Of a stretch of DNA of 64,000 nucleotides, positions 56,195 to 64,000 are shown piece after piece. The position numbers were made by a program, and so were the translations under genes. Origin of the DNA: Candidatus Kerfeldbacteria bacterium RIFCSPLOWO2_02_FULL_42_19 (GTDB taxonomy: Bacteria; Patescibacteriota; Patescibacteriia; HO2-48-17); assembly GCA_001818315.1 (NCBI GenBank), contig MHKF01000018.1:325-64324 (forward strand), read 5' to 3'. A model generated the notes under the pieces. It had not been told where the DNA came from. It saw only the letters and a list, made by a program, of their open reading frames with translations, and did not search any database. How positions within the stretch are numbered: the stretch's first letter is position 1; each line of letters opens with the position of its first letter.

Positions 56195-57208
56195 ATGTCA
56201 CAAGCTGTAATCTACGTGCAACATCTTTCCAAGCGTTACGAGTATTACAAAAAAGCTCCGGGGCTTCTTGCGTCGGTTAAAAGTATCTTTCATCGTGAAA
56301 AATTGTTTACAGATGCTGTAAAAAACGTTTCTTTTCAGATTGACACCGGAGAACTCGTTGGATTCCTTGGGCCGAACGGTGCTGGGAAGACGACAACACT
56401 CAAAATACTTTCTGGTATTTTGTATCCAACGAGCGGTGAGGTTCAGGTTTTGGGATATACTCCCTGGGAACGGAAACCTGTTTTTCAAAAACAATTTAGT
56501 CTTGTGATGGGGCAAAAAAATCAGCTTTGGTGGGATCTTCCAGCAATGGAAACATTCATTCTCAACAAAGAAATTTATGAAATTCCACAAAAGCTTTTTG
56601 ATCGCACAGTGAACGAACTTGGTCAGCTATTGGATATCATCGATATTCTTGAAGTTCCGGTGCGTAAACTTTCTCTTGGTCAACGAATGAAATGCGAGCT
56701 CGCTGCTGCACTTTTACATCAGCCAAAGGTGCTCTTTCTTGACGAGCCTACTATTGGACTCGATGTCACTTCCCAGCAAAATATTCGGAATTTTATAAAA
56801 CGCTATAACAAGGAAAAGCAAACTACTATTGTGCTGACCTCACATTATATGGATGACATAGTCGAATTATGCAAACGCGTGATCATTATTGATTTAGGTT
56901 CTATCGTCTATGATGGAAGTCTCGCTGAACTCATTGATCGTCATGCCGATTACAAACTTCTGAAGATTACTTTTACTGAAGACGTTTCCAAGGAACGCTT
57001 ACAAGCTTTTGGGAAGGTGAATGACTATACACCGAAAAGCGTGGTGTTACATGTTCCGAAAACTTCCTATAAATCTCTTGCAACAAAAGCACTTAAGGAT
57101 TTACCCGTCGATGATATTCTGATTGATGAAGTTGAACTCGAAGAAGTAATTCGTGATATTTTCGCTGCAACAAAAGAAGAAAAACGAACAAGCATTTCTT
57201 ATGAGTAA
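56195..57208 (+). CDS. ABC transporter ATP-binding protein
   Basis: GPNGAGKT, LSLGQ, FLDEPT, TSH. Confidence 0.95.
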   Translation: MSQAVIYVQHLSKRYEYYKKAPGLLASVKSIFHREKLFTDAVKNVSFQIDTGELVGFLGPNGAGKTTTLKILSGILYPTSGEVQVLGYTPWERKPVFQKQFSLVMGQKNQLWWDLPAMETFILNKEIYEIPQKLFDRTVNELGQLLDIIDILEVPVRKLSLGQRMKCELAAALLHQPKVLFLDEPTIGLDVTSQQNIRNFIKRYNKEKQTTIVLTSHYMDDIVELCKRVIIIDLGSIVYDGSLAELIDRHADYKLLKITFTEDVSKERLQAFGKVNDYTPKSVVLHVPKTSYKSLATKALKDLPVDDILIDEVELEEVIRDIFAATKEEKRTSISYE

Positions 57209-57220
57209 CTTTTGAATTTT

Positions 57221-58111
57221 ATGTCTCATACTCTCGATGTTTCTATTGTGATTGTGAATTGGAATGTGAAAGATATTCTTCACAGGTGTCTTGAATCTCT
57301 TTATCAGTATACTCATGGTATTACTTTTGAAATTTTTGTGATTGATAATGCTTCGAGTGATGGAAGTGTTGATATGATTCGTAAAAATTTTCCATATGTT
57401 CAGCTGATCGCAAATACTGAAAACGCAGGTTTTGGGAAAGCCCAAAATCAAGGTATACAACAAGCTCGTGGAAAATATATTTGTATTTTTAATCCGGATA
57501 CGGCGATTACTGACAATGTTTTCAAAAAAATGTTTGACTGGATGGAACACCCTGAACACACGAAGGTAGTTCTCTTAGGACCGAAACTTATGTATCCTGA
57601 TGGAAGACCGCAGCCAAGTATTAAACGTTTTCCTACTGCTGTTTCACAGATGATTATTTTATTGAAATGTCATCATGTTTTCGGTTGGTTTGGTCCAGTG
57701 AGGCGGTATCTTGCGAAGGACTTTGATTATAATATTGAACAGCCTGTAGATCAGATGATGGGTGCGTGTATTTTCGCACGTGCAAGTGCGCTCCATGCAC
57801 TCAAAGGATTTGATGAGGATTTCTGGATTTGGTTTGAAGATGTTGATTTATGTAAACGTTCGAAAGCGAGTGGATGGGAAAATTGGTATACGCCGTTGAT
57901 ATCTATCATACATCACGAAGGGAAAAGTTTTGGACAAATCTTTTCGCCAACGAAGCAGCGGTACTTTAATGCGAGTTTGAAAGTATATGCTCGTAAATAC
58001 TATAATGCACCGTCCCAAATTATTCTTGCATTTTTGGCTCCTGTGAGTCTTTTTCTTAGCTACATTGTTTCATGGCTTCACATCAAACCCAGACCACAAT
58101 CTCGGGTGTAA
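57221..58111 (+). CDS. GT2 glycosyltransferase (WbbL-like)
   Basis: IVNWN, DNASSDGS, NPD, FEDVDLC. Confidence 0.92.
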   Translation: MSHTLDVSIVIVNWNVKDILHRCLESLYQYTHGITFEIFVIDNASSDGSVDMIRKNFPYVQLIANTENAGFGKAQNQGIQQARGKYICIFNPDTAITDNVFKKMFDWMEHPEHTKVVLLGPKLMYPDGRPQPSIKRFPTAVSQMIILLKCHHVFGWFGPVRRYLAKDFDYNIEQPVDQMMGACIFARASALHALKGFDEDFWIWFEDVDLCKRSKASGWENWYTPLISIIHHEGKSFGQIFSPTKQRYFNASLKVYARKYYNAPSQIILAFLAPVSLFLSYIVSWLHIKPRPQSRV

Positions 58112-59640
58112 CGATTGATTTTCGTCATTTTTTTCAGGCGCATTATCACACGACACTTCTCGCACTCCTTGCTTTTGAGGTCCTTTCGTTTTTGAGTTTT
58201 CTTTTTCTGCCACTCAATACTCTTTTTTGCGTGTTTTTTATTTTTTTCACGTTTCTTCTCTCGCTTCATGATTTGCGAATTGGAGTATTTATAGCACTCG
58301 CTGAACTCGTTGTCGCCTCTAAAGGCTATCTTTTTTATCTCGATTTTGGTTCCTTTCTTATGTCCCTTCGGCTTGGTATTTTCCTTGCTGTTATGTTTGC
58401 TTGGTTTTTGACAGTCCTCAGAGGACGGCGTCAGATTCAGTTTTTTCACTCCAGGCATTGGAAATTCTACTTGCTTTTTTTTGTCGTCATTTTTTTTGGA
58501 ATCGTCAATGGCTTTATGCATTATAATACCGCCTCAAATATTTTTTATGATGTGAATGGCTTTTTATATTTTGGCTTCGTTTTTCCTTTTTTTGATGCCT
58601 TACGCACTCCAAAAGATTTTTTGCAGGCATTGCAAGTAATGTTCGCTGGCATTACAGTGACGATTTTAAAATCTCTTTTTTTACTCTTTATTTTTTCTCA
58701 GCAATTTTTACATGTGCTCCCTCCAATATATAAGTGGGTGAGAGTCACGGGCGTCGGAGAAATTACTTTGCTCGGTAATTTTTTCTACCGTATTTTTTTT
58801 CAGAGTCATGTGTATGAAGTCATTTTCTTTTTTCTCATTTTTTCGTTCTGCATTTTTCCCAAACGCAAGCATTCATATTCGCGATTTGATTGGTCTGTTA
58901 TCACACGAGGGGCTTTGTGTTTGCTGGTGATTTTTCTTAGTTATTCACGGAGTTTTTGGCTCGGGACTATTATGGCGCTTTTTCTTATCTACTTGTTGCT
59001 TTTTTTCTATTGGCATCTGAGTTTGAAACGCTTAGCGTTTTCTCTTTTCGCACTCGTGTTGGTATTTTTTATTGATTATGCTTTGATTTTTGGCACTGTA
59101 AATTTTCCACTTCCAAATCGTGCGGCGACATTTGGCCTTACAAGCCTCTTAACCGAACGCACCGAAGACCTCACGGAAGAAGCGGCTTCGGCGAGCCGTT
59201 TTCAGTTACTCGGCCCATTACTTCAAAAAAATATTTCGTCTCCTCTTTTCGGTACTGGGTTTGGTTCGACAGTCAGGTATCAAACGCGTGATCCTCGGGC
59301 ACTCGAAACTCATCCTGATGGTTGGTATACGACGTATGCTTTCGAATGGGGATATCTGGATCTTTGGTTGAAATTGGGTCTTATTGGTCTTGTGATATAT
59401 CTTTGGTTGCTATTGAAAATCATTCTCGATGCGAGAGTATTTTTTAAACACCCCGAAAACGATTCTTCATGTCTTGTGATTGGCGTTCTTTTTGGTGTGA
59501 TTGCTTTGATATTGATCAATGCTACAACCCCATTTTTAAATCATCCTCTCGGGATTGGATGGATTATTTTTGTGAGTGCGCTTGTGGAGGTTTTTCGCAA
59601 TCATTATGTATCATCACACCAAACCAATCAGGTTGCATGA
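58072..59640 (+). CDS. O-antigen ligase/Wzy-like membrane protein
   Basis: Multi-TM; SYSRSFW, FGTGFG, GYLDLWLKLGLIG; start uncertain. Confidence 0.85.
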   Translation: MASHQTQTTISGVTIDFRHFFQAHYHTTLLALLAFEVLSFLSFLFLPLNTLFCVFFIFFTFLLSLHDLRIGVFIALAELVVASKGYLFYLDFGSFLMSLRLGIFLAVMFAWFLTVLRGRRQIQFFHSRHWKFYLLFFVVIFFGIVNGFMHYNTASNIFYDVNGFLYFGFVFPFFDALRTPKDFLQALQVMFAGITVTILKSLFLLFIFSQQFLHVLPPIYKWVRVTGVGEITLLGNFFYRIFFQSHVYEVIFFFLIFSFCIFPKRKHSYSRFDWSVITRGALCLLVIFLSYSRSFWLGTIMALFLIYLLLFFYWHLSLKRLAFSLFALVLVFFIDYALIFGTVNFPLPNRAATFGLTSLLTERTEDLTEEAASASRFQLLGPLLQKNISSPLFGTGFGSTVRYQTRDPRALETHPDGWYTTYAFEWGYLDLWLKLGLIGLVIYLWLLLKIILDARVFFKHPENDSSCLVIGVLFGVIALILINATTPFLNHPLGIGWIIFVSALVEVFRNHYVSSHQTNQVA

Positions 59641-60277
59641 GATTCTCATTCTTGTTGGAATTATTTTTCTGCTTATACTTTTGGTTGTGCATTTTCTTCC
59701 GTACTCAAGTATTCTGTTCAAGCGGGAAACGCTCCGACTCTTTATTGATCGTGCTGGAATTTTCGGCCCTTTGGTGATTATTTTTGTTATGGTACTTGAA
59801 ACCGTCGTTGCGCCGTTGCCTGGAATTTTTCTGCCGACAATCTCTGGTTTCTTTTTTGGTTTTTGGCTTGGCTCGTTGTATGCTTATATTGGGGATGTCC
59901 TTGGTGCTTGTGTCGCCTTTAGTTTAGCTCGTCATTTTGGGCAACCTTTTGTTCAACGCATTGCTTCTCAAGAAACAGTTGAGCGTTCGCAAATATTGAT
60001 TAACAAGTATAGTCGGTATCTTTTCATTTTGTACGCTGTCCCAATTTTTCCGATTGATATTGTGAGTTTGCTTCTCGGTATTTCACCGCTTCCGTTTCGA
60101 AGATTTTTGACTATTATTCTTTTAGCATTTGTGCCGAACATACTGCTTTTAAATTTTTTCGGTGATTATCTCTTTCGTGCTTCCTGGTGGAGTTTCTCGA
60201 TGATCGGTATTGTGATTATGCTTTGTATTTTTGTCTGGTTCGTTTCTAACACTCGTCGTAAGTCCACTTATTTATAA
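59606..60277 (+). CDS. TVP38/TMEM64 (DedA superfamily) membrane protein
   Basis: VAPLPG, LARHFG, PIFPIDIVS. Confidence 0.85.
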   Translation: MYHHTKPIRLHEILILVGIIFLLILLVVHFLPYSSILFKRETLRLFIDRAGIFGPLVIIFVMVLETVVAPLPGIFLPTISGFFFGFWLGSLYAYIGDVLGACVAFSLARHFGQPFVQRIASQETVERSQILINKYSRYLFILYAVPIFPIDIVSLLLGISPLPFRRFLTIILLAFVPNILLLNFFGDYLFRASWWSFSMIGIVIMLCIFVWFVSNTRRKSTYL

Positions 60278-60287
60278 TTTTACACGT

Positions 60288-61328
60288 ATGGATTTTTGCA
60301 AAGTAAGTATTATTATCGTAACCTATAATAGTGCTCGATATATTCGACCTCTCTTAGCGTCGATTGTTGCACAAACAGAAAAGAGTATTGAAGTGATTGT
60401 CGTCGATAATGCTTCTCAAGATGAGACGGTTGCGGTTCTTGAAAAAGAATATACGCAAACAGTGAGGGTAATAAAAAATCCGACGAATGATTGGTTTTCG
60501 AAAGGCTATAATCGTGGGATACGGGAAAGCCATGGGGAGTATGTGTTGATTTGTAATCATGACGTTATTTTGATGCCGGATTTTCTTGAAAAACTTTTGC
60601 AGCGTATAGAATCTGATCCAAAGATTGCTTGTGTAGGTGGAAAAGTTTTGAAATTTCCGCAAAAAGACATGGAGTTTACGTATGATCTGGCGCGATTGAA
60701 TTCTTTGAGAGGATACTTTAAAATAGATACGACTGGCATTCAAGTATTTCGAAATCGTAGGTTTATTGATCGCGGTGAAAGTGAGGAAGATAGGGGTCAA
60801 TATAATCGCGAGGAAGAAGTTTTTGGTTTTTCCGGAGCCCTTGTGTTATTGCGTCGAGCTGCGTTAGAAACCGTAAAATTCGAGGAGGAATACTTTGATG
60901 AAGACATGATCGCGTACAAAGAAGATGTTGACATGGCATGGCGTTTGCGACACGCGGGTTTTACGGTTTGGTATGTTGCAAAAGCCTTGGCATATCATAA
61001 TCGACGTGTCAGTCGCGATACTGGGCTTGGTATGCTGGCGACGATCCAGAATCGGCGCGGTAAATTTCATAAGGATAGTTTTTTTTCGTATAAAAATCAT
61101 TGGCATGTACTTATTAAAAACGATACATTCGCAAATTTTTTCAAGGACAGTCTCTTTATATTTTGGTATGAGCTTCGTAAGTTTATCTATATTCTCTGTT
61201 TTGAACCTCACACTCTTGCGGCGATACCTCAATTTTTTCGTGAATTTCCGCGGATGCGCAAGAAACGTAGCGTTATTTTTTCAAATTCCAAACTTTCGAA
61301 CGCATCTATTCGTCGCTGGTTTCTTTAA
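60288..61328 (+). CDS. GT2 glycosyltransferase
   Basis: IVTYNS, DNASQD, NHD, YKEDVD. Confidence 0.92.
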   Translation: MDFCKVSIIIVTYNSARYIRPLLASIVAQTEKSIEVIVVDNASQDETVAVLEKEYTQTVRVIKNPTNDWFSKGYNRGIRESHGEYVLICNHDVILMPDFLEKLLQRIESDPKIACVGGKVLKFPQKDMEFTYDLARLNSLRGYFKIDTTGIQVFRNRRFIDRGESEEDRGQYNREEEVFGFSGALVLLRRAALETVKFEEEYFDEDMIAYKEDVDMAWRLRHAGFTVWYVAKALAYHNRRVSRDTGLGMLATIQNRRGKFHKDSFFSYKNHWHVLIKNDTFANFFKDSLFIFWYELRKFIYILCFEPHTLAAIPQFFREFPRMRKKRSVIFSNSKLSNASIRRWFL

Positions 61329-61334
61329 TACTTT

Positions 61335-62171
61335 ATGAGAGTATCATTTGTTATTCTGAATTATAAGACTCGTGAATTTCTCAAGAATCATTTACAGAAT
61401 ATTCTCGAAATTCGACTGCCCTTCGAATACGAAGTGATTGTTGTTGATAATGCCTCTCGAGACGGAAGCGTTGAAATGGTACAACAAGAATTTTTAAACA
61501 AGAAAGTCCCAATGGAATTGCGTTTAATTGCATCGAATAAGAATCTCGGATGGTCGGCTGGCAACAATCTTGGAATACGCGAAGCGCGTGGCGAATATGT
61601 TATTTTGAGTAACACTGATATTTTATATTCGAGCGCTGCGGATGTTGTGGATGTAGTGCGCTTTATGGATGAACATCCTGAGATTGGTATTGTCGGACCG
61701 CGTTTGTGGAATCCAGACGGAACCTATCAATATTCTTGTTATAGGTTTTATCGACTTTTTACGCCGGTGTATAGGCGTACACCCCTCGGGAGACTCTCTT
61801 TTGCTCAACATGATATTCAGCGACATTTGATGACGGATTTTAACCATGATACGGTTCGAGAAGTAGATTGGTTACAGGGTTCGAATATGTTCATTAGGCG
61901 CGCAGTTTTCGAAAAAATCGGCCTTATTGACGAACGTTTTTTCCTCTATTTTTCTGATCTAGAGTTTTGTTATCGCGCATGGGACCATAATATTAAAGTA
62001 GTGTATTTTTCCAACACACATACAATGCATTTTCATAAACGTGAATCAGCCGCGAGTCACGGGTTGAGTGTTATGTTGAGTTATATCACTCGGATCCACA
62101 TTAAAGATTGGTTTCGATTCTTACGTAAACACAAAAATAAACTCCCTCAATTTCGTCCTCATCCGTTATGA
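61335..62171 (+). CDS. GT2 glycosyltransferase
   Basis: ILNYKT, DNASRDGS, NTD, DERFFLYFSD. Confidence 0.92.
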   Translation: MRVSFVILNYKTREFLKNHLQNILEIRLPFEYEVIVVDNASRDGSVEMVQQEFLNKKVPMELRLIASNKNLGWSAGNNLGIREARGEYVILSNTDILYSSAADVVDVVRFMDEHPEIGIVGPRLWNPDGTYQYSCYRFYRLFTPVYRRTPLGRLSFAQHDIQRHLMTDFNHDTVREVDWLQGSNMFIRRAVFEKIGLIDERFFLYFSDLEFCYRAWDHNIKVVYFSNTHTMHFHKRESAASHGLSVMLSYITRIHIKDWFRFLRKHKNKLPQFRPHPL

Positions 62172-64000
62172 CAGATTTTTTGCAAGCTCACTCTATGTCC
62201 TCTGACAAGAAAAAGCATTCTCAATCTCACAAAAAAAATCGTTCATGGTCCCGTACGTTTTTTTTGCGCATCTTTTTTCTTGGTTGTTTTCTTTTATTGT
62301 TTGTTGGTATTCTTGTAGCCTTCAATTATGCTGATGCACGGAGTGTTTATACGAACGCACTTTCGGGGAAGCAACAGTTGGAAGAAGCACAAAAATTTTT
62401 CGAAGCGCAACGTTTCGGAGATGGTGCAACCGCTTTAGTGCAAGCACGAAAGGATTTCCAGTCTGCAAAAGAGAATCTCGATCATGTCTCGGAACTGAAA
62501 TTTATTCCGCTTGTTGGCAGACAGATCCGTGCGGTAGAAGATATCCTTATCGCCGGTATTCAACTTTCTTCTGCGCTTGAAAAAATTGTTCGCTTCGGTG
62601 ATGAAATTTTTTCCGTCCTCGAGCAAGAAAAAGACTTGACCCTGGATCAAATTACTCCTGAACAGAAGGTTGCTATTCTTAAACGCATGTACGAAGCTCC
62701 ACCGGATCTTCAAGGCGCTCGAGCCGAGGTCGATCTTGCAATGCTGGCCATGAATCGATTGCCTAAACGCGGACTCGTTGCTCCAGTACAAAAAGCTGCT
62801 GCGACTCTTTCTCAGCATTTGCCTCTTATGAAACAAATTATTGATCAAGCAGTTCCTGCAATTGAGGCTATTCCACCTCTTGTTGGGTATCCCGAGTTAA
62901 AATCCTACTTGTTTCTTCTGCAGAATAATAATGAATTGCGCCCCACTGGTGGGTTTATTGGTACGTACGGTATTTTAAAACTCAAAAACGGAGACATTGT
63001 ATCTTTTTCGACTGATAATATTTATAATCTCGATGAACCGTATAAAGACACGCTGTTTTTTGACCCGCCGTGGCAACTCAAAAAATATCTCGGTGCTACG
63101 CAATGGTTCTTGCGCGATTCGAATTGGGAACCGGATTTTCCAACCGCTGCCGCTCGTGCAGAAGAATTGTATCTTTTGGAAGGTGGCACTGAAAATCTCG
63201 ATGGCGTGATTGCAGTAACCCCTGTCTTTCTTCAATCCTTACTTGCATTAACCGGTCCAATTTCGGCTCATGGTATTGAATTTACGAGTGACAATTTTGT
63301 AGAACAACTTGAATATCAAGTCGGACAGGGTTTTTATCGTCAAGGTATCTCAGCGTCTGAACGCAAGGAAGTCATTGGCGCGCTTGCTGACACGATTTTA
63401 TCGAAACTTATGAAGTTACCAAAAGAGCGTTGGAAAGATCTTTGGTTGACCCTCGAATCCAATTTAAGTGAAAAGCACATTTTATTGTCGCTGAAGGAAT
63501 CATCCTTACAACAACTTGTACAAGCGCAAGGATGGGGAGGCGAAATCAAAGCATCGGATGGTGATTTTCTTTTTGTTGTTGATGCGAATATGGCCAGTTT
63601 AAAATCTGATCCAGGGGTCAAGCGTACCATCCGTTATTCGATTACTGATGATAAGGAACGTGGGTTAGTAGGTCGCGTGGATATACAGTATCGTAATGAA
63701 GGATATTTTGGATGGAAGTCAACACGGTACCGGACGTATACTCGGGTGTATGTGCCGGAAGGGAGCGAACTCCTTGAATCAGCCGGGGTCATGGAAAATG
63801 ATAAATTGCATGGCGGAAATCCTGGTGAAGTTGAAGTTGTTAATGAGTTTAGCAAGACGCGCTTCGGAGCATTTATTTCTATTGAACCCCAACAAGAGGG
63901 GACGCTTTCTTTTCTTTATAAACTTCCGCAATCGCTTACACAACAAGTACAAACTGGTACGTACACTTTATTTGTTCAAAAGCAACCCGGTACTCTTGGT
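62168..64000 (+). CDS. DUF4012 domain protein, partial (runs off the window)
   Basis: Open from ATG 62168; N-terminal TM; YLFLLQNNNELRPTGGFIG, RDSNWEPDFP, RVYVP, QKQPG. Confidence 0.88.
   Translation, partial: MTDFLQAHSMSSDKKKHSQSHKKNRSWSRTFFLRIFFLGCFLLLFVGILVAFNYADARSVYTNALSGKQQLEEAQKFFEAQRFGDGATALVQARKDFQSAKENLDHVSELKFIPLVGRQIRAVEDILIAGIQLSSALEKIVRFGDEIFSVLEQEKDLTLDQITPEQKVAILKRMYEAPPDLQGARAEVDLAMLAMNRLPKRGLVAPVQKAAATLSQHLPLMKQIIDQAVPAIEAIPPLVGYPELKSYLFLLQNNNELRPTGGFIGTYGILKLKNGDIVSFSTDNIYNLDEPYKDTLFFDPPWQLKKYLGATQWFLRDSNWEPDFPTAAARAEELYLLEGGTENLDGVIAVTPVFLQSLLALTGPISAHGIEFTSDNFVEQLEYQVGQGFYRQGISASERKEVIGALADTILSKLMKLPKERWKDLWLTLESNLSEKHILLSLKESSLQQLVQAQGWGGEIKASDGDFLFVVDANMASLKSDPGVKRTIRYSITDDKERGLVGRVDIQYRNEGYFGWKSTRYRTYTRVYVPEGSELLESAGVMENDKLHGGNPGEVEVVNEFSKTRFGAFISIEPQQEGTLSFLYKLPQSLTQQVQTGTYTLFVQKQPGTLG

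Noticed and set aside
106-63855. Numerous antisense or alternate-frame ORFs in the track
   Set aside because: Shadows of well-supported genes

Overview
Bacterial chromosomal window, most consistent with a Patescibacteria/CPR genome. This is an inference from SD-less core genes, extended ribosomal proteins, an RpoA without alpha-CTD, a short AlaRS, and DUF4012 and CPDG-motif surface proteins. The left ~38 kb is accessory: decayed nested IS1182/IS200 elements, many surface proteins and small enzymes. The right part is core: mnmA, alaS, infA-rpmJ-rpsMKD-rpoA-rplQ-rplM-rpsI, then a surface-glycan/ABC-2 cluster. Three highlights are invisible in the ORF track. (1) A cobalamin riboswitch (19877-19996, -) with a terminator/antiterminator platform controls a three-gene surface operon built around a transcobalamin-like (alpha/alpha barrel + DUF4430) protein, a candidate B12-capture system. 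(2) A complete ribosome-mediated attenuator with an Asn-rich leader peptide (MQYRFTSQNNNNQNNHFQRLAIF) lies upstream of an archaeal-type asparagine synthetase A. (3) A nine-copy family of palindromic MITE/REPIN-like elements carries a covarying core hairpin, and two copies bracket one gene like a composite transposon. All product calls come from motif recognition by eye; no database searches were run.
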